A stretch of DNA of 63,994 nt, the filler included, from Guillardia theta CCMP2712 (lineage: Eukaryota > Protista > Cryptophyta), in assembly GCF_000315625.1 (NCBI RefSeq). It is 5 parts of 5 records of this genome, joined end to end, with 100 filler letters (N's around TTAATTAATTAA, not from the genome) between each part and the next. Parts side by side here need not be neighbours in the genome. Positions count along the whole stretch, not along the records: positions 1 to 25,889 come from NW_005434422.1; 4 more parts are not named here. The stretch is one strand, 5' to 3'. The notes beneath the pieces were generated by a model. That model was not told the DNA's origin, ran no database searches, and was given only the letters and a program-made list of their open reading frames with translations. Shown here one piece after another: positions 11,934-23,318 of the stretch (positions are counted from its first letter, which is position 1; each line of letters begins with the position of its first letter). Both the position numbers and the translations under genes were made by a program.

Positions 11934-13976
11934 TCACGGTCTTAGCACTATAAGAAGGCCGGATCCTCGATGCATTTGCAACTGAACTACGGAGGTTGCA
12001 TTACAACTTAAGCGTGATGATATGATTGCAGGCCAACGATTGTTGGGCACATTTGCTAGTCCTTGATGACTTTCAATTGTATCTTCGTACATAGTAACAG
12101 AAAACGTGCGATTAGAACAAAACTTTCCAAGATGAATCTCAACTTTTTGTGTCTCTTGAGCTACTAAAACTGCAATGAACCATCGACCTTGTTTATCTTG
12201 TCTGGCAATCGCATAGGATCTCATGGGCTCAGCAAGTAGAATCTCGGAACGCATCCACGTATCCGGCAATTCCTTGTATAAACTCACGATCAAACCATCC
12301 CCGCGATGGGTCATAGCTGAAGGATGCAAATACCAGAAAATATGCAACAGACCGTTGTGAAAAGCAAACGCACTGCTAAGCTGAAACATTAGCGACATCG
12401 AACGGTTTGACAGTCTGATCCATTCACTAGTGTAAGTGAAATCCATCCAGCCAGCATGTATCCTTGTGTAAGGCAATAACAAGACATATTCAGGAGAGAT
12501 GTGTTTGTGCTCGTCGCCGCACACGCCCTCACTCGAAATTATATTGGGATATGATCTCGATATGCCATACTCCCTATAATTGTCATGCACATTTACCATT
12601 AGTCCACGCTTAGCACATTCCTGGATGTAGCCAGTAATACGGCGCATATCTGAGTTCGAACCCATCTTGACAAATCCGAACTTAACACCAACAACCCCCC
12701 ATTTTGAAACTGTCTGAAATATTTTGAATGCTGCACGCAAAAGTGCGATATCATTCACATACACGAAGACACCCATGTTGTACATGCTTGCATACTGAAC
12801 GACATAGGTTATATTAAGGGCTAATCCACGTGGAAAAGGAGTAGGGCGCAATGGATCGCTATTCGAGTCGTACTCGCTCCCATACCATCCAGCGTCAAAA
12901 AGAATATACCTAGTCCCCGACTGCCGTGCTAGGTTGCGTATAATGGAAACCGAACCTTCTGTGGACAATGACATATCACGAATTACTTTTCCCGGCTTTA
13001 CAAAAGAATAATTGATCATCTTGTTTGGATTCTCACACAAATTACCAAGATGCCAAGACTCACTGTTTGAAATTTGAGCCAATGATTTGAAGCTCCTGCA
13101 CAGCATTATAACGACCCAAGGATACTTCGAGTCCTGCATACCTCCATGAAATTCCGCTCTCAAACCTTTTGACAGAGTGTCCCCCTTCATTCTGAGCTTT
13201 ATATTACGAAATTCTGTATTGCAAGCTTCTGTGAGAAGCAGAGCTATTTCATTATTCGCAATAGTGAATGGGGTCATCTGATGTGTCCTTGACCAATACT
13301 TAGTCATGTTACATTTTGTATTAATGTTGCACGGAAATATACCAGTTTCATCACCACCATCAACCAATGCCTTTGTACTTGTAGCATCCCAAGTGGTAAA
13401 ATCAAGAAACACGAAGGGCATTGCTGATGTTCTTTGTAATGTATTTTGTCTAAAAAAACCAACAGATGATGATTGTGCTATAACATCATTATACATCCTA
13501 ATGGTATGAGTAACGTTGAAAGTGGATGACAGGAACAAGAGGTGCAACTCGTTGTATGAGCTGTGATATCTTTTGACGGGTCCAGAAATCGGAATCCAAT
13601 CAGAAGTCTTGGATTCCTCCAAAATATGCATTTTAAACATACACAAAGCTTTATCTACGCTAATTCCAACCACTCCTGTTTGGTGGATCTTACCCTTCCG
13701 TTGTATCCAAAAATGAATCAGCTCAGAGCAGGGAACTGGAATCTTGCGGACTTCCAATTCTAAGCGTAGTATGTTGTCTGGTGAGAACAAATTGTAAACT
13801 TTGCACTTAGTTTTTGATGTTGTAGAAGTGCAGCAGAGCCTGTTTATAAAACATTTCTTGTCCAATGGTATTACTCTACTATGACTCAGCATAAGCACAT
13901 AAAATTCTTGAATCGAGAAGACAAATGTAAGGGAGAAAAGAAGAAAATTCCAGTGAAATTTGCTTAATTTGTTCAT
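11934..13976 (-). CDS. Glycoside hydrolase family 97-like protein with N-terminal membrane anchor
   Basis: GH97 barrel motifs YILFDAGWYG, GVVGVKFGF, LMVNVHD, GISRSYPNIISSEGVCGDEH and LPYTRIHAGWMDFT, plus C-terminal YAIARQDKQGRWFIA. Intronless; first ATG at 13976. Confidence 0.85.
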   Translation of the reverse strand: MNKLSKFHWNFLLFSLTFVFSIQEFYVLMLSHSRVIPLDKKCFINRLCCTSTTSKTKCKVYNLFSPDNILRLELEVRKIPVPCSELIHFWIQRKGKIHQTGVVGISVDKALCMFKMHILEESKTSDWIPISGPVKRYHSSYNELHLLFLSSTFNVTHTIRMYNDVIAQSSSVGFFRQNTLQRTSAMPFVFLDFTTWDATSTKALVDGGDETGIFPCNINTKCNMTKYWSRTHQMTPFTIANNEIALLLTEACNTEFRNIKLRMKGDTLSKGLRAEFHGGMQDSKYPWVVIMLCRSFKSLAQISNSESWHLGNLCENPNKMINYSFVKPGKVIRDMSLSTEGSVSIIRNLARQSGTRYILFDAGWYGSEYDSNSDPLRPTPFPRGLALNITYVVQYASMYNMGVFVYVNDIALLRAAFKIFQTVSKWGVVGVKFGFVKMGSNSDMRRITGYIQECAKRGLMVNVHDNYREYGISRSYPNIISSEGVCGDEHKHISPEYVLLLPYTRIHAGWMDFTYTSEWIRLSNRSMSLMFQLSSAFAFHNGLLHIFWYLHPSAMTHRGDGLIVSLYKELPDTWMRSEILLAEPMRSYAIARQDKQGRWFIAVLVAQETQKVEIHLGKFCSNRTFSVTMYEDTIESHQGLANVPNNRWPAIISSRLSCNATSVVQLQMHRGSGLLIVLRP

Positions 13977-14046
13977 ATTCCCCAGAGTCCACTTCAATAA
14001 TTGCACTCCCTTTGAGAAAATAAATTAACTAAAAAATATGTTGCAA

Positions 14047-14897
14047 TGGCATAGAGTCGTGCATCTGAGAATGATATTGCTTGTTTTCGGATTCACGATT
14101 TTGGTTTTGCAAGGATTCGGTGGTCTTGCATTCGGCCCTAAAGACAGCAATCTCAGTTCACGATAACAGCAAACTCATCTTGCACTGAAACCTATAGTGT
14201 ATATCGTGTAAACGTTTTGTGTTGACAGTACCAAAATGATGTACACAAACAATCGTGTAAATTGCAATCTTGGTAAGAAATTTCGTCAAAATCTTCACAT
14301 TCACCCATTGAGTACTGACTGGAAGAGTCATTCTTGTAGACTGTTGGGAATCCTCCGCCAATCCAACACATTTCTTTTTCGGTATATACCAAGTGCATGT
14401 GTCATAGCATCATCTGAGATCATCAAAGCTTGGCTGCAAATGGATGGTATCAAGAGGATGTTTCTTGTCCCGCTCAAGTCAGATAGCTTCAATCATGCTA
14501 CATAGCTTGATGCACTTCATGACTTCAATTACCATTGATTGGTCGAAGGTTCACAACTACTTTGATTTTCCTCTTCGAAGCGCGATACTTCTTTGTGTAC
14601 ATGAAGCTTACTTACATCTTATGTATGGACCACACTTGATTTCGATGAATCGTACCTATCATGTCAAACTCGTTCGTCGATTCATAGGCTGCGAAATTTT
14701 CCAAGACGATCCTATCCTGGTTCCAGAGTTGGATTTTGTTTTCGCTGGGAAGGAACAGCATTACGAACTGTCTGCAGTTCTAACGCACTTATCAACAAAA
14801 TCAACGCTCTCGGATTCTCATGCGATTCCTCCACTACCAGTAGCAAGATGACATTTATTCAACAGCTTCAACTCTTCGAACAGTATGCCATAATCCT
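14047..14897 (+). pseudogene. Degraded glycosyltransferase family 61-like gene, cut before the HGA motif
   Basis: Hydrophobic N-terminal stretch, then several stops and frameshifts, then RVGFCFRWEGTALRTVCSSNALINKINALGFSC...KMTFIQQLQLFEQYAIILG. This resembles the GT61 'mtf.eQl.lf....iiiG.HGA' region. Confidence 0.45.
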
Positions 14898-16797
14898 CGG
14901 GTGCATCGCCTGCAATCAGGGGATCGTGGCCAGTGAGAGGACCGATTGCGCCTGCCTGCCGGGTTACACCGGTGCTGACTGTACGGCCTGCCCGGCGGGG
15001 TGGTACAAGGAGCTGTACGGGGACTCCCCCTGTATTCAGTGCCCGGCTGGCCTCTTCCAGCCCAGCACGGGTTCCTCGGTATGTAGGTCCTGCGGCATCA
15101 ACCAGTACTCCGGGGTGGCCGCTCTCTCCTGCACCCCGTGCCCCGCCAACACCATATCCAACGAGAGCAACCCGTCGATCTATGGCTGTGTGTGCAAGAT
15201 GGGGTACGGCGCGCTGGACCCGAACCAGTGCAGCCTGTGCGTCCCGGGCAAGTACAAGTCCTCCAACGCGCTGGAGCTATGCACCGACTGCCCTTCCAAT
15301 CGCGTGAGCCCCTACGGCAGCACCACCCAGTTCCATTGCGTCTGCCGGGCGGGCTACTACAGGGACTCCAACTTCTACTGCCAGCCGTGCCCGCTGGGCC
15401 TCTGGAAGGAGAGCGACGGCGATGCGGAATGCACGGCCTGCCCCATACACTCTACCACGCTGGTCAAGGGCGGTGCGGCGATCTCGGCCTGCCAGTGCGA
15501 GCCGGGTTATTTCGAGGCCGACGCACAGGTGTGCAGCCCCTGCCCCTCGTCCTTCTACAACCCGGACTACAACGTCTCTCTATGCAGGCGCTGCCCCGAC
15601 TTCTCCTACAGCCCGGTGGCCAGCAAGGAGATCACCTCCTGCCAGTGCTACCGCGGCTATGGTTGGAATGGAACGGCCTGCGTGGAATGCCCGGCTGGAA
15701 GTTACAAGTCCTACATGGGCGTGGGCTCCTGTGTCCCGTGCCCGGAGGGTTCGACCTCCCTGCCTGCCAATTCGGACGTGCTCAAGTGCTACTGCAAGCC
15801 GGGCTACACCGGGAATAACGGCGCCGTCTGCACCCCGTGCGACTACAACACATACAAGCCCGAGCCCTACTCCGGGCTCTGCAGCGCCTGCCCTCCCCAC
15901 ATGGTCACCGCAGGGAGAGGCTCTATCGATGTCTCCCAGTGTGTCTGCGACGTGGGCTATTACTACAAGACCTCGGACCGTGTGTGTGTCCCCTGTGGGA
16001 TAGGCACTTACAGGGATTCGCTGGGGCTCGCCTCCTGTATCACCTGCCCGAACAACCAGTCCACCGTGGGCCAGGCTGCTGCATCGGTGGCGGACTGCGT
16101 GTGCGGCGCCGGCTTCACGGGGAAGGACGGGGAGGCCTGCCAGGCCTGCATGCCCGGGAGCTTCCGGTCCTCTTCGGACAGCGAGCCGCTGAAGAACATC
16201 AATTATGCCAGCCTTTTCGCCCCTTCTGGTAGTATCCCGGCCATCGCACCGCGGTATAGGACCGTCGATGCCGTGTTCGTCTTCGATGTCGTGTTCCCCT
16301 CTAGCATACCACAGGGTATGAAGCTGCTGGAGTTCGGGGGGAGCGACGTGGGGGTGTGGATCGGGGTCGTGTCCGTGGGGGGTGCCTGGGTCATGAGGGC
16401 AAGGGCGGGGGATGGCTCTCAGACGATCACATCCGGCGTCTCCTACACTGGCCTGGCCTACGCGGAGAGTGGGGATTTCCCGAGAGACGACAAGAGCCAT
16501 CAGGTGGTATTCAGTGCCAAGATAACCCCTGGTTATGTGGCCGTGTGGATCGATGGCCATTATCTCATGCAGGGGTATTCCAAGTCTGGCCTCGAGCTCA
16601 AGACCTACCTATGGGCCAGCAGCGGCACGGGTGCATTCCTTGTTGCATCGAGCTCTTCTGTGCCAAGCGGCGAGGTGGCCACCGCATGGTCCAGCACCTC
16701 CGGGACGCTGTACCTCTACAATGGGCTTGACAAGATCGCCGAGCTCGAGTCGAAGCTCTGCAGCCCCTGCCCTGAGGGTGCGACTTCCGATGTTGCG
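14898..16797 (+). pseudogene. Internal fragment of a large Cys-rich surface protein (GCC2/GCC3, ephrin-receptor-like repeats) with a beta-sandwich insert
   Basis: About 8 repeats of C-x-C-x-x-G-Y...C-x-x-C-x-x-G-x-Y/W-K...C-x-x-C-P. GC-rich codons. No native start or stop: the ORF track's N- and C-termini come from unrelated neighbouring segments. Confidence 0.8.
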
Positions 16798-17264
16798 ATG
16801 GATGCGCAGACCATCATCCTCCACACCCCGTTGTCCTCGGCGCTGTTCTCCACGAGCCTCTTCATGCCGGTCAGGAGCCGCTCCTTGGTGCCCGCATCGT
16901 TGGTCTCGAGGGCGTCCGCGAACTTTGACATCACGGTGTCGAGCACCTTCTGCATGTCGTGCCTCGTCCTCTCGCTCAGCTTGCTATTCTTGTTGATGAG
17001 CTCCTCGACCTGCGACTTCAGCTTCTGGTTCACCTCCTCCAGGCTCTTGATGTGCTGCAGCACCGGGGTCATGTCGTTGAAGTTCCTGACCTCACCCTTG
17101 GCATCGACGACCTTGGTTGGGTTGGACCCTGCCGGCTGCCCCTGCACCTGGCCCTGCGCCTGCCCCTGCATGCCGCCCTGCGGCTGCCCTCCAAATCCAG
17201 CTCCACCCTGAAGGGTGTAGTTTGCAGCGTATCCGGTGCTGTGCGCGTTGTCCGCCTCCGATAT
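16798..17264 (-). pseudogene. 3'-truncated coiled-coil protein, possibly a viral capsid scaffold-like protein
   Basis: The frame is open from ATA-TCG-GAG (I/M-SEADNAHSTGY...) through a G/Q-rich tract and a heptad region (IKSLEEVNQKLKSQVEELINKNSKL) to GVWRMMVCAS, where it collides with the opposite-strand Cys-rich fragment. The function is inferred. Confidence 0.55.
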
Positions 17265-17312
17265 CCTCTTATCGCAACCTCGGTTTATTCCTCAAATATA
17301 CCCATAAACCTG

Positions 17313-17943
17313 CTACAATCTTATACCGCCCGCGGCAACACGGCCGGGTCGGTCCCCCTCCTCCCCCTCGTCCCTCCAAACCTCACACTCGACGATCCCT
17401 GACCGTATGCCCGTGCTGACCGACGCGCGGGGGCGCTGGGGACGGAAGGAGAGGATCACCAGCGTCACGCCTCCCCGGCACTGCACCCGCTGCATGGGAT
17501 CCAGCACGATGCTCTTCCGGTCCTCCTCGTCCTCATGGCACCTGCCCCTCTGCCGCGGCTTGAACCCCACCTTGAACACGGAGCTTGCGAACGAGAGTTG
17601 ACCGCCATCGCGGTTTTGCACGGGCCAGAACAGGAGATCGCCGTCCGCCTGGATCAAGGGACGGGCCCTCCTCACCCGCTGCAGGCCCAGCGCTGCGAAC
17701 ACGTTGTCCTCCACCCAGCCAGCCCTCCCCGACCTCCTCCCCTCGCCGAAGACGGGCATATGCCCCTCCGCACCAACCCGCGCATAGACCGCAGGACGTG
17801 CTCCCTGGCATCCCGCGGCGAGGTCGGGCTCCCGCCCCGTCGATGCAGGGAACCTGGATAAAGACCTTCAGGCTGATGGCCATGTCGATCCAACCAGCGG
17901 GCGGCCGCTCGATGTCGCCCCACGCGCATGCCAGGCACTCCAT
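17313..17943 (-). pseudogene. Hypothetical GC-rich intronless gene with a probable 1-bp frameshift near 17835
   Basis: MECLACAWGDIERPP...VPCIDG can be joined at a G-run to REPDLAAG...EGHMPVFGEG...LLFWPVQ. No family recognised. Confidence 0.4.
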
Positions 17944-18034
17944 GGCAGAGCCACTCCAAGCCCCTCCCCTTCTCCCGCCATCTTAGCCACTCCCCCTAAT
18001 GGATTTTACAGCTCAACCGTTGCGTTATTCAGAT

Positions 18035-18616
18035 TTATTTTACAGCAGGTGCATATCGTTGCCTAACTAGCTGCTTGAGATCCGAAGAGATGTAGCAATA
18101 GTAGATTCTCTCGAGCATTAAGATTAGGGTATCAACACCAAGTACCACAAGAGCAAAATATTGTTCTTGAAACGGATGGTCCAAATGCATGGCATAATCC
18201 ATTTCTTCTTTAAAAGCCAGCAGATGCCTTCGAACACGATCCAAAGACAACAGGCTGATCTCCACAGCATCGAGGTTATCCAGTTCTTCTTTGAAAAAGA
18301 CACTATACAGTTTCCCGTACGACATAGAATCACGTTTCATACGACGAAAAAAATCGCTCTGAAGATAAGCATCACACCATCTCAACAACGATGAAAATTG
18401 TATCCACATATCATACAAATCCATTATGGATCCTCTAAATATATAATACGAATCGCGCGGTATTGGAGCCATAAATCTCTTTTTTGTGTAGTTCCATTCT
18501 TTTTCAAATGCCTCCATACAGAGATGAAGCATTATCTCATTCACTCTATACAAGACGGATGGATCATGGCCAGCCAAGAACATTCGTTCACCGACATCCA
18601 TAATATCTCCGCACAT
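18035..18616 (-). CDS. Hypothetical 193-aa helical protein, weakly cullin-N-terminal-repeat-like
   Basis: Intact AT-rich ORF wedged between two GC-rich segments. LYDMWIQFSSLLRWCDAYLQSDFFRR loosely recalls cullin repeat 1. Confidence 0.5.
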   Translation of the reverse strand: MCGDIMDVGERMFLAGHDPSVLYRVNEIMLHLCMEAFEKEWNYTKKRFMAPIPRDSYYIFRGSIMDLYDMWIQFSSLLRWCDAYLQSDFFRRMKRDSMSYGKLYSVFFKEELDNLDAVEISLLSLDRVRRHLLAFKEEMDYAMHLDHPFQEQYFALVVLGVDTLILMLERIYYCYISSDLKQLVRQRYAPAVK

Positions 18617-18660
18617 ATTCCCAATAATAATAAAGCGTGCATCAAATAATTCGCGTTTGA

Positions 18661-21600
18661 TACTGCCGTCCGACGCGGCTGTGCGAGATCGCGTGCGGGG
18701 AGCAGTACGACGCCTTCAACTCCGCGCTGGTGCAGGTCTCGCAGGGCAAGGACCTGGTCTACAGCATGAACCAGACGGTGAGCGTGGAGAGCCGCTTCTT
18801 CACCTCCGACGGGCAGTACTACGGCACGAACAGGCTGCCGTTCGAGATCATGAGCCTGGTGGAGATGTCGGGCTGCAACCGGGTCTGCTACGGGGACGTG
18901 GCGCAGTCCGGGGCGCCGAGCCAGCCGGACCGGTGCATCTCCGCGGCCGGGCTGGACTCCGGGCTGAACGTCGTGGTGAAGGCCTACTGCCTCCCTGCGA
19001 GCCTGAAGACCGGCTTCCGGCCCTCCGCGACGGTGACCGACGGCTCGTTCCCCAACGCCATCGACTACAGCGTGCCCGGAAGCTCGGCCTGGTCGGCGGC
19101 GATCATGCGGCTGCAGTACGTGAGCGTGAGCCTCGTCGACTCGGTGGGGCACAGCAACATCCTGGCGGTGGCGACGGCGAGCAACGTCTCCCTGATCAGC
19201 GACCAGCGGCAGAGCTACACGCTGCTGCAGACGATCCCCAGCGCGCAGAAGGCCGTCCTGCTGACGGACGTCTACAGCATCGACGAGATGGTCACCTTCC
19301 CCGACGACGGGACGGCCGACATCTTCGTGCGGGCGACGACCACGGCGTGGGACGCTTCGGGCACCCCCTCCACGGGCCCGGTCTGCCTCCACATCGCGGT
19401 GGACACCAAGAAGTTCGCCACGCTGGCGGCCCTGAAGAGCTCCGCCTACACGATCCGCCGGTGCGCCGGCTCGGTCAACGTCTTCTCGGCCGTGCAGACC
19501 CCCTACGTGACGTGCCTCGGCCCCTCCTGCTCCGGGGTGGCGCTCTTCCCGACGGATGACGGGGCGCCCGTGAGCGTGTGCGACCGGGCGGGCGGGGTGC
19601 TGTCCTGCGTGCAGGCCGCGAGCGACGCCCACCTTGCCTCCGACCTGGGGCTCAACACGAAGCCGACGCCGCAGATCACGCTGACGCAGGACAACCTCTT
19701 CATCCGGCAGTCCCCCAAGCTGGCGCAGAGCTCGCTGTCGGGCTGGAACGGGGCCGGGCAGCAGAGCTCGATGACCATCTTCGCCGTGGCGGACCAGAAG
19801 GTGACGACGACTTGGCTGGCGGACGTGAGGCTCAACGTCGCCGCGGGGGCGTGGAATGGGACGCGCTCGTACTCGTCGTCCTACCAGATGCTCACGACCC
19901 TGAAGAAGAACTGCAGCGTGAGCGACTGCACGGGCTGCATGGGCTACCCGACGCTGCAGAGCCTCTGCTACGCCGCCTCCCAGTGCGCCGTGGCGAGGTG
20001 CATCGGCACGGAGGTCAACTTCCAGCGGCCGCTCTGCGCCATCGGCTCCATGGCGTCCAAGGTGATGCGGCAGTCCCTCCTCACGCTGCAGAACGTCTAC
20101 CTCATCTTCGCGCAGAGCATGGCGCTCATCGTGGATGCGTCCACGGGCCAGATCACGAACCGGGTGGTGATCGAGTGGCCGGACCAGGTCTTCTTCTCGG
20201 CCATGTGCGACATGAAGGACATCACCGTGTCGGCCGTGGGGGTGCTGATGTCGCTGGTGAACGGCATCACGATGAAGACGCAGGAGGTGCTCAGCACGGT
20301 CAGCGCGGGGCTCGTCCCGACCGACCCGAGCTTCAACGCGCGGGCGACGCTCTCGATGGCGAGCATGACCAACCTCTTCTCGCAGATCCTCCTGCTCCCG
20401 CTGTACGCGGCCGTCGCCGGCCAGAAGACCTTCGTCTGCACGACCAACAGCCTCACCGCCATCCTCAACACGGACCTGACGGGCAACTTCCAGCTCGTCA
20501 TCGGCGACCCGAGCATCCAGGCCGTGAGCGGGGACGTGGCGGGGGTCTGCCTCACGCAGGTCTTCCAGCAGGACGTGCAGAACCAGGCGCTGGGCGGCTC
20601 GTCCAACTCGCTCAACAACGCGGTGGCGCAGGTGAGCAACCGGCTGATCGGGGCGGGCTTCACGCTGGAGCTGGCGCCGGCCTACCACATGGTGGACGCC
20701 ATGCTGGCCTACGCTTCCGGGGTGACGTACGGGTTCATGGACGTCCTGCAGACCATCGACCAGAAGCACTGCAAGCTCCCCGACGTGACGACCGAGACCA
20801 TGTACCGCTGCGCCTGCGGGGACTACGCCCACAGGATCAGCACGGCGCGGAGGAACGAGGGGATCAAGCAGCAGGCCTTCTGGTGCACCGGCTCGCTGCA
20901 GCTACTCGGCACCGACGGCAAGCCCTACCTCGTCTTCAACCCCTACACGCTCGAGGAGCTGGCGTCGGCCTCGCGGGTGAGCATGAGCCAGTACCTCACC
21001 TGCGTGGGGACGGGCGGGTCCAACTGCCAGGCGCTCAAGCCCTCGCTCCCCTACCTGGAGCGGCAGGGGGTGGACCCCGGGACGGTGCTGACGCGCTGCC
21101 GCTCCAACTACGTGAACAAGGTGTGGGACTCGGGGGCGGCGTACCTGGTCAACTACCTGGCCTACTCCGACCTCGCCGGGGTGGGGTACCTGATCAACCA
21201 GTTCTACCAGCCCTCCTTCGTCCCCTCCTCGGTGCTGACCTGCCTGGTGCAGAGCCTGGCGCTGGGGACGGGGAACGACGCCTGCCTGCTGGGCTGGCTG
21301 ACGCTCATGAACGTCTCCCGCACCAACTACTTCCGCTACGACGTGGTGGGCTTCGTCTCCGACAACGCCGACTTCGCCGACATCGACGGGTGCGAGGTCT
21401 TCACCGGCCCCGCGCAGAACCCCGACCCCGCGGTGGCCTACGAGTTCGGCCAGTGCCTGAACAGCTCGACGGCCTCGCAGTGCCAGCTCCCCTACTACAT
21501 CTGGTCCGGGAGGACGTCCAACCGGGTGCCCGTCGCCTCTCTGCACGCGGTGAGCTACCCGCCGGGCTCCAGCACCCTGCTCGCCGCGGCGGCCAGCGAC

Positions 21601-23145
21601 CAGCTCGCCATCCTGCGGGAGGCCGAGGGCTTCTTCACCGACACCCTCCTCAAGTGGAGCAACCCGTCGCTGCAGGCCAGCTTCTTCTCCGTGGAGGGCG
21701 ACGTCCTGCACCAGTTCTTCGACTGCTACTTCATGGGGCCGTTCGCGTCGGCGGAGCTCTGGCCCTCGGGCGGCTCCAGGTCCCTGGGGACCATGCTGTA
21801 CTACAGGAACAGCCCCACCGACCGGACCTTCATGGTGCCGTCCGCCAGCTGCAAGCCGGGCGTCGACGCCTGCTGCCCCCAGGAGTCGCCCTTCTCGTGC
21901 GGCGGGCCAGCGAGGATGGCGATCGTTCATGGTTTCATTGACAAGCTCCGGAGCAGCCCGGGCTCGGCCACCAACTCCATCCTCGCCAACGCGGTGCAGG
22001 AGGGGGTCCGGGCCAAGCTCCGCGAGTTCAAGGACATCTTCACCAACCTGGCCAACTACGCCTGCGCCTGCCCCGACGGCTCCAACCGGGTGGACTGCTG
22101 CACGGCGGCCAACCCCGGCGGGTGGTCCTCCCCGGAGATGCAGGCCATCGACTACTCGATCCTCAGCAGCGAGGACGTGCTCGACACCATCTTCGACCTC
22201 ATCCTGCAGTACATCGACGAGGACGTCTACTTCAACCGCACCCTCTTCGGCACCTACGCCCCCGCGCTCACCTCCGCCCAGACGGCGCAGGGGAGGGACG
22301 AGGCGCTCTTCGGGCCGTTCGAGCCGGTCTCGACGTATGGTGAGTCCGAGGTGCTGGACGCGAGGAAGAACCACTCCCTGTGGGACGTGTGCGTGAACCT
22401 CGTCTCGCAGACCTTCGCGACGCTGCCGCTGGACCCCACGCTCTCCTCCTTCGCCACGGCGTCCGGGGCGGGGACATTCCAGTACGACCCCGTCGCCAGC
22501 CCCTCCTCGGCCCTCTTCGTCGACCAGATCGAGGAGACGGTGAGCAACATCCTGGGCAAGGCCAAGCTCGACTCCCCGTTCTACTGGGGCGTGGCGGGCG
22601 GCGAGCTGCGCTACATGCCCTCGTACAGCATGCGCTGCCGCACCCGCGGGGCGAGGGTGGCGCCGGTGACGAACAAGACGCTGGCCTCGGACAGGGGCCC
22701 GCAGATCCCGCTGGCGTTCGGCTCCACCTACGCGGTGTCCGGGTACCTGGCCACGCTGAGCCTGCCGGCCTACGGGCCCCAGGGGCAGAACGTCTCCGCC
22801 TTCACCCAGCGGTGCTACTGCGGCTGGACCACGCCGGACGGCAGCCTGTGCCGCATCGACCCGCTCGTGTGCGCGACGGCCAACCTCCAGTCGCTGACCA
22901 CGGTGGCGGCCGGCACGATCAAGGCGTTCCAGGCCATCTGCACGGCCGGGAGCTACATCACCTTCGACGACTGGGTGACGGTCTACCGGGTGATGGACGC
23001 CACCTGGAGCAGCGCCTGGACCTGCCCGGACATGCAGCTCTCCGACATCTGGGGGGTCGTCAACGACCTGCAGATCGACTACTGGGCCGCGGCCATCTCC
23101 GACTCGATCGTGACCTACAACTACAACTACCAGGACCTGCTGCAG
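18661..23145 (+). pseudogene. Internal ~1490-codon fragment of a giant Cys-rich, virus-like protein
   Basis: 4.5-kb uninterrupted frame with almost all third positions G/C. It starts mid-protein (YCRPTRLCEIACGEQ) right after an AT-rich junction and ends at an AT-rich filler. Cys clusters include CSVSDCTGC, LCYAASQCAVARCIGT and YRCACGD. Confidence 0.8.
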
Positions 23146-23318
23146 TTATAAACCGTTACACAGTACAACTGTTTGTACCACGGATTCGAATAAACAATTC
23201 ATTGCCGTTAAAACAAATGGACACGCCAGTTCAAAATTTGAAGCACCCCTACCACTGATATTACCGAGCAACACCCCTCAAAAACCATGGGGTACACTAC
23301 CACCGGTATCCTATGAGA
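23146..23318. other. ~170-bp AT-richer filler interrupting the giant gene
   Basis: Sharp composition switch on both sides, no GT..AG ends and no obvious target duplication. Contains ACCCCTACC. Confidence 0.7.
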
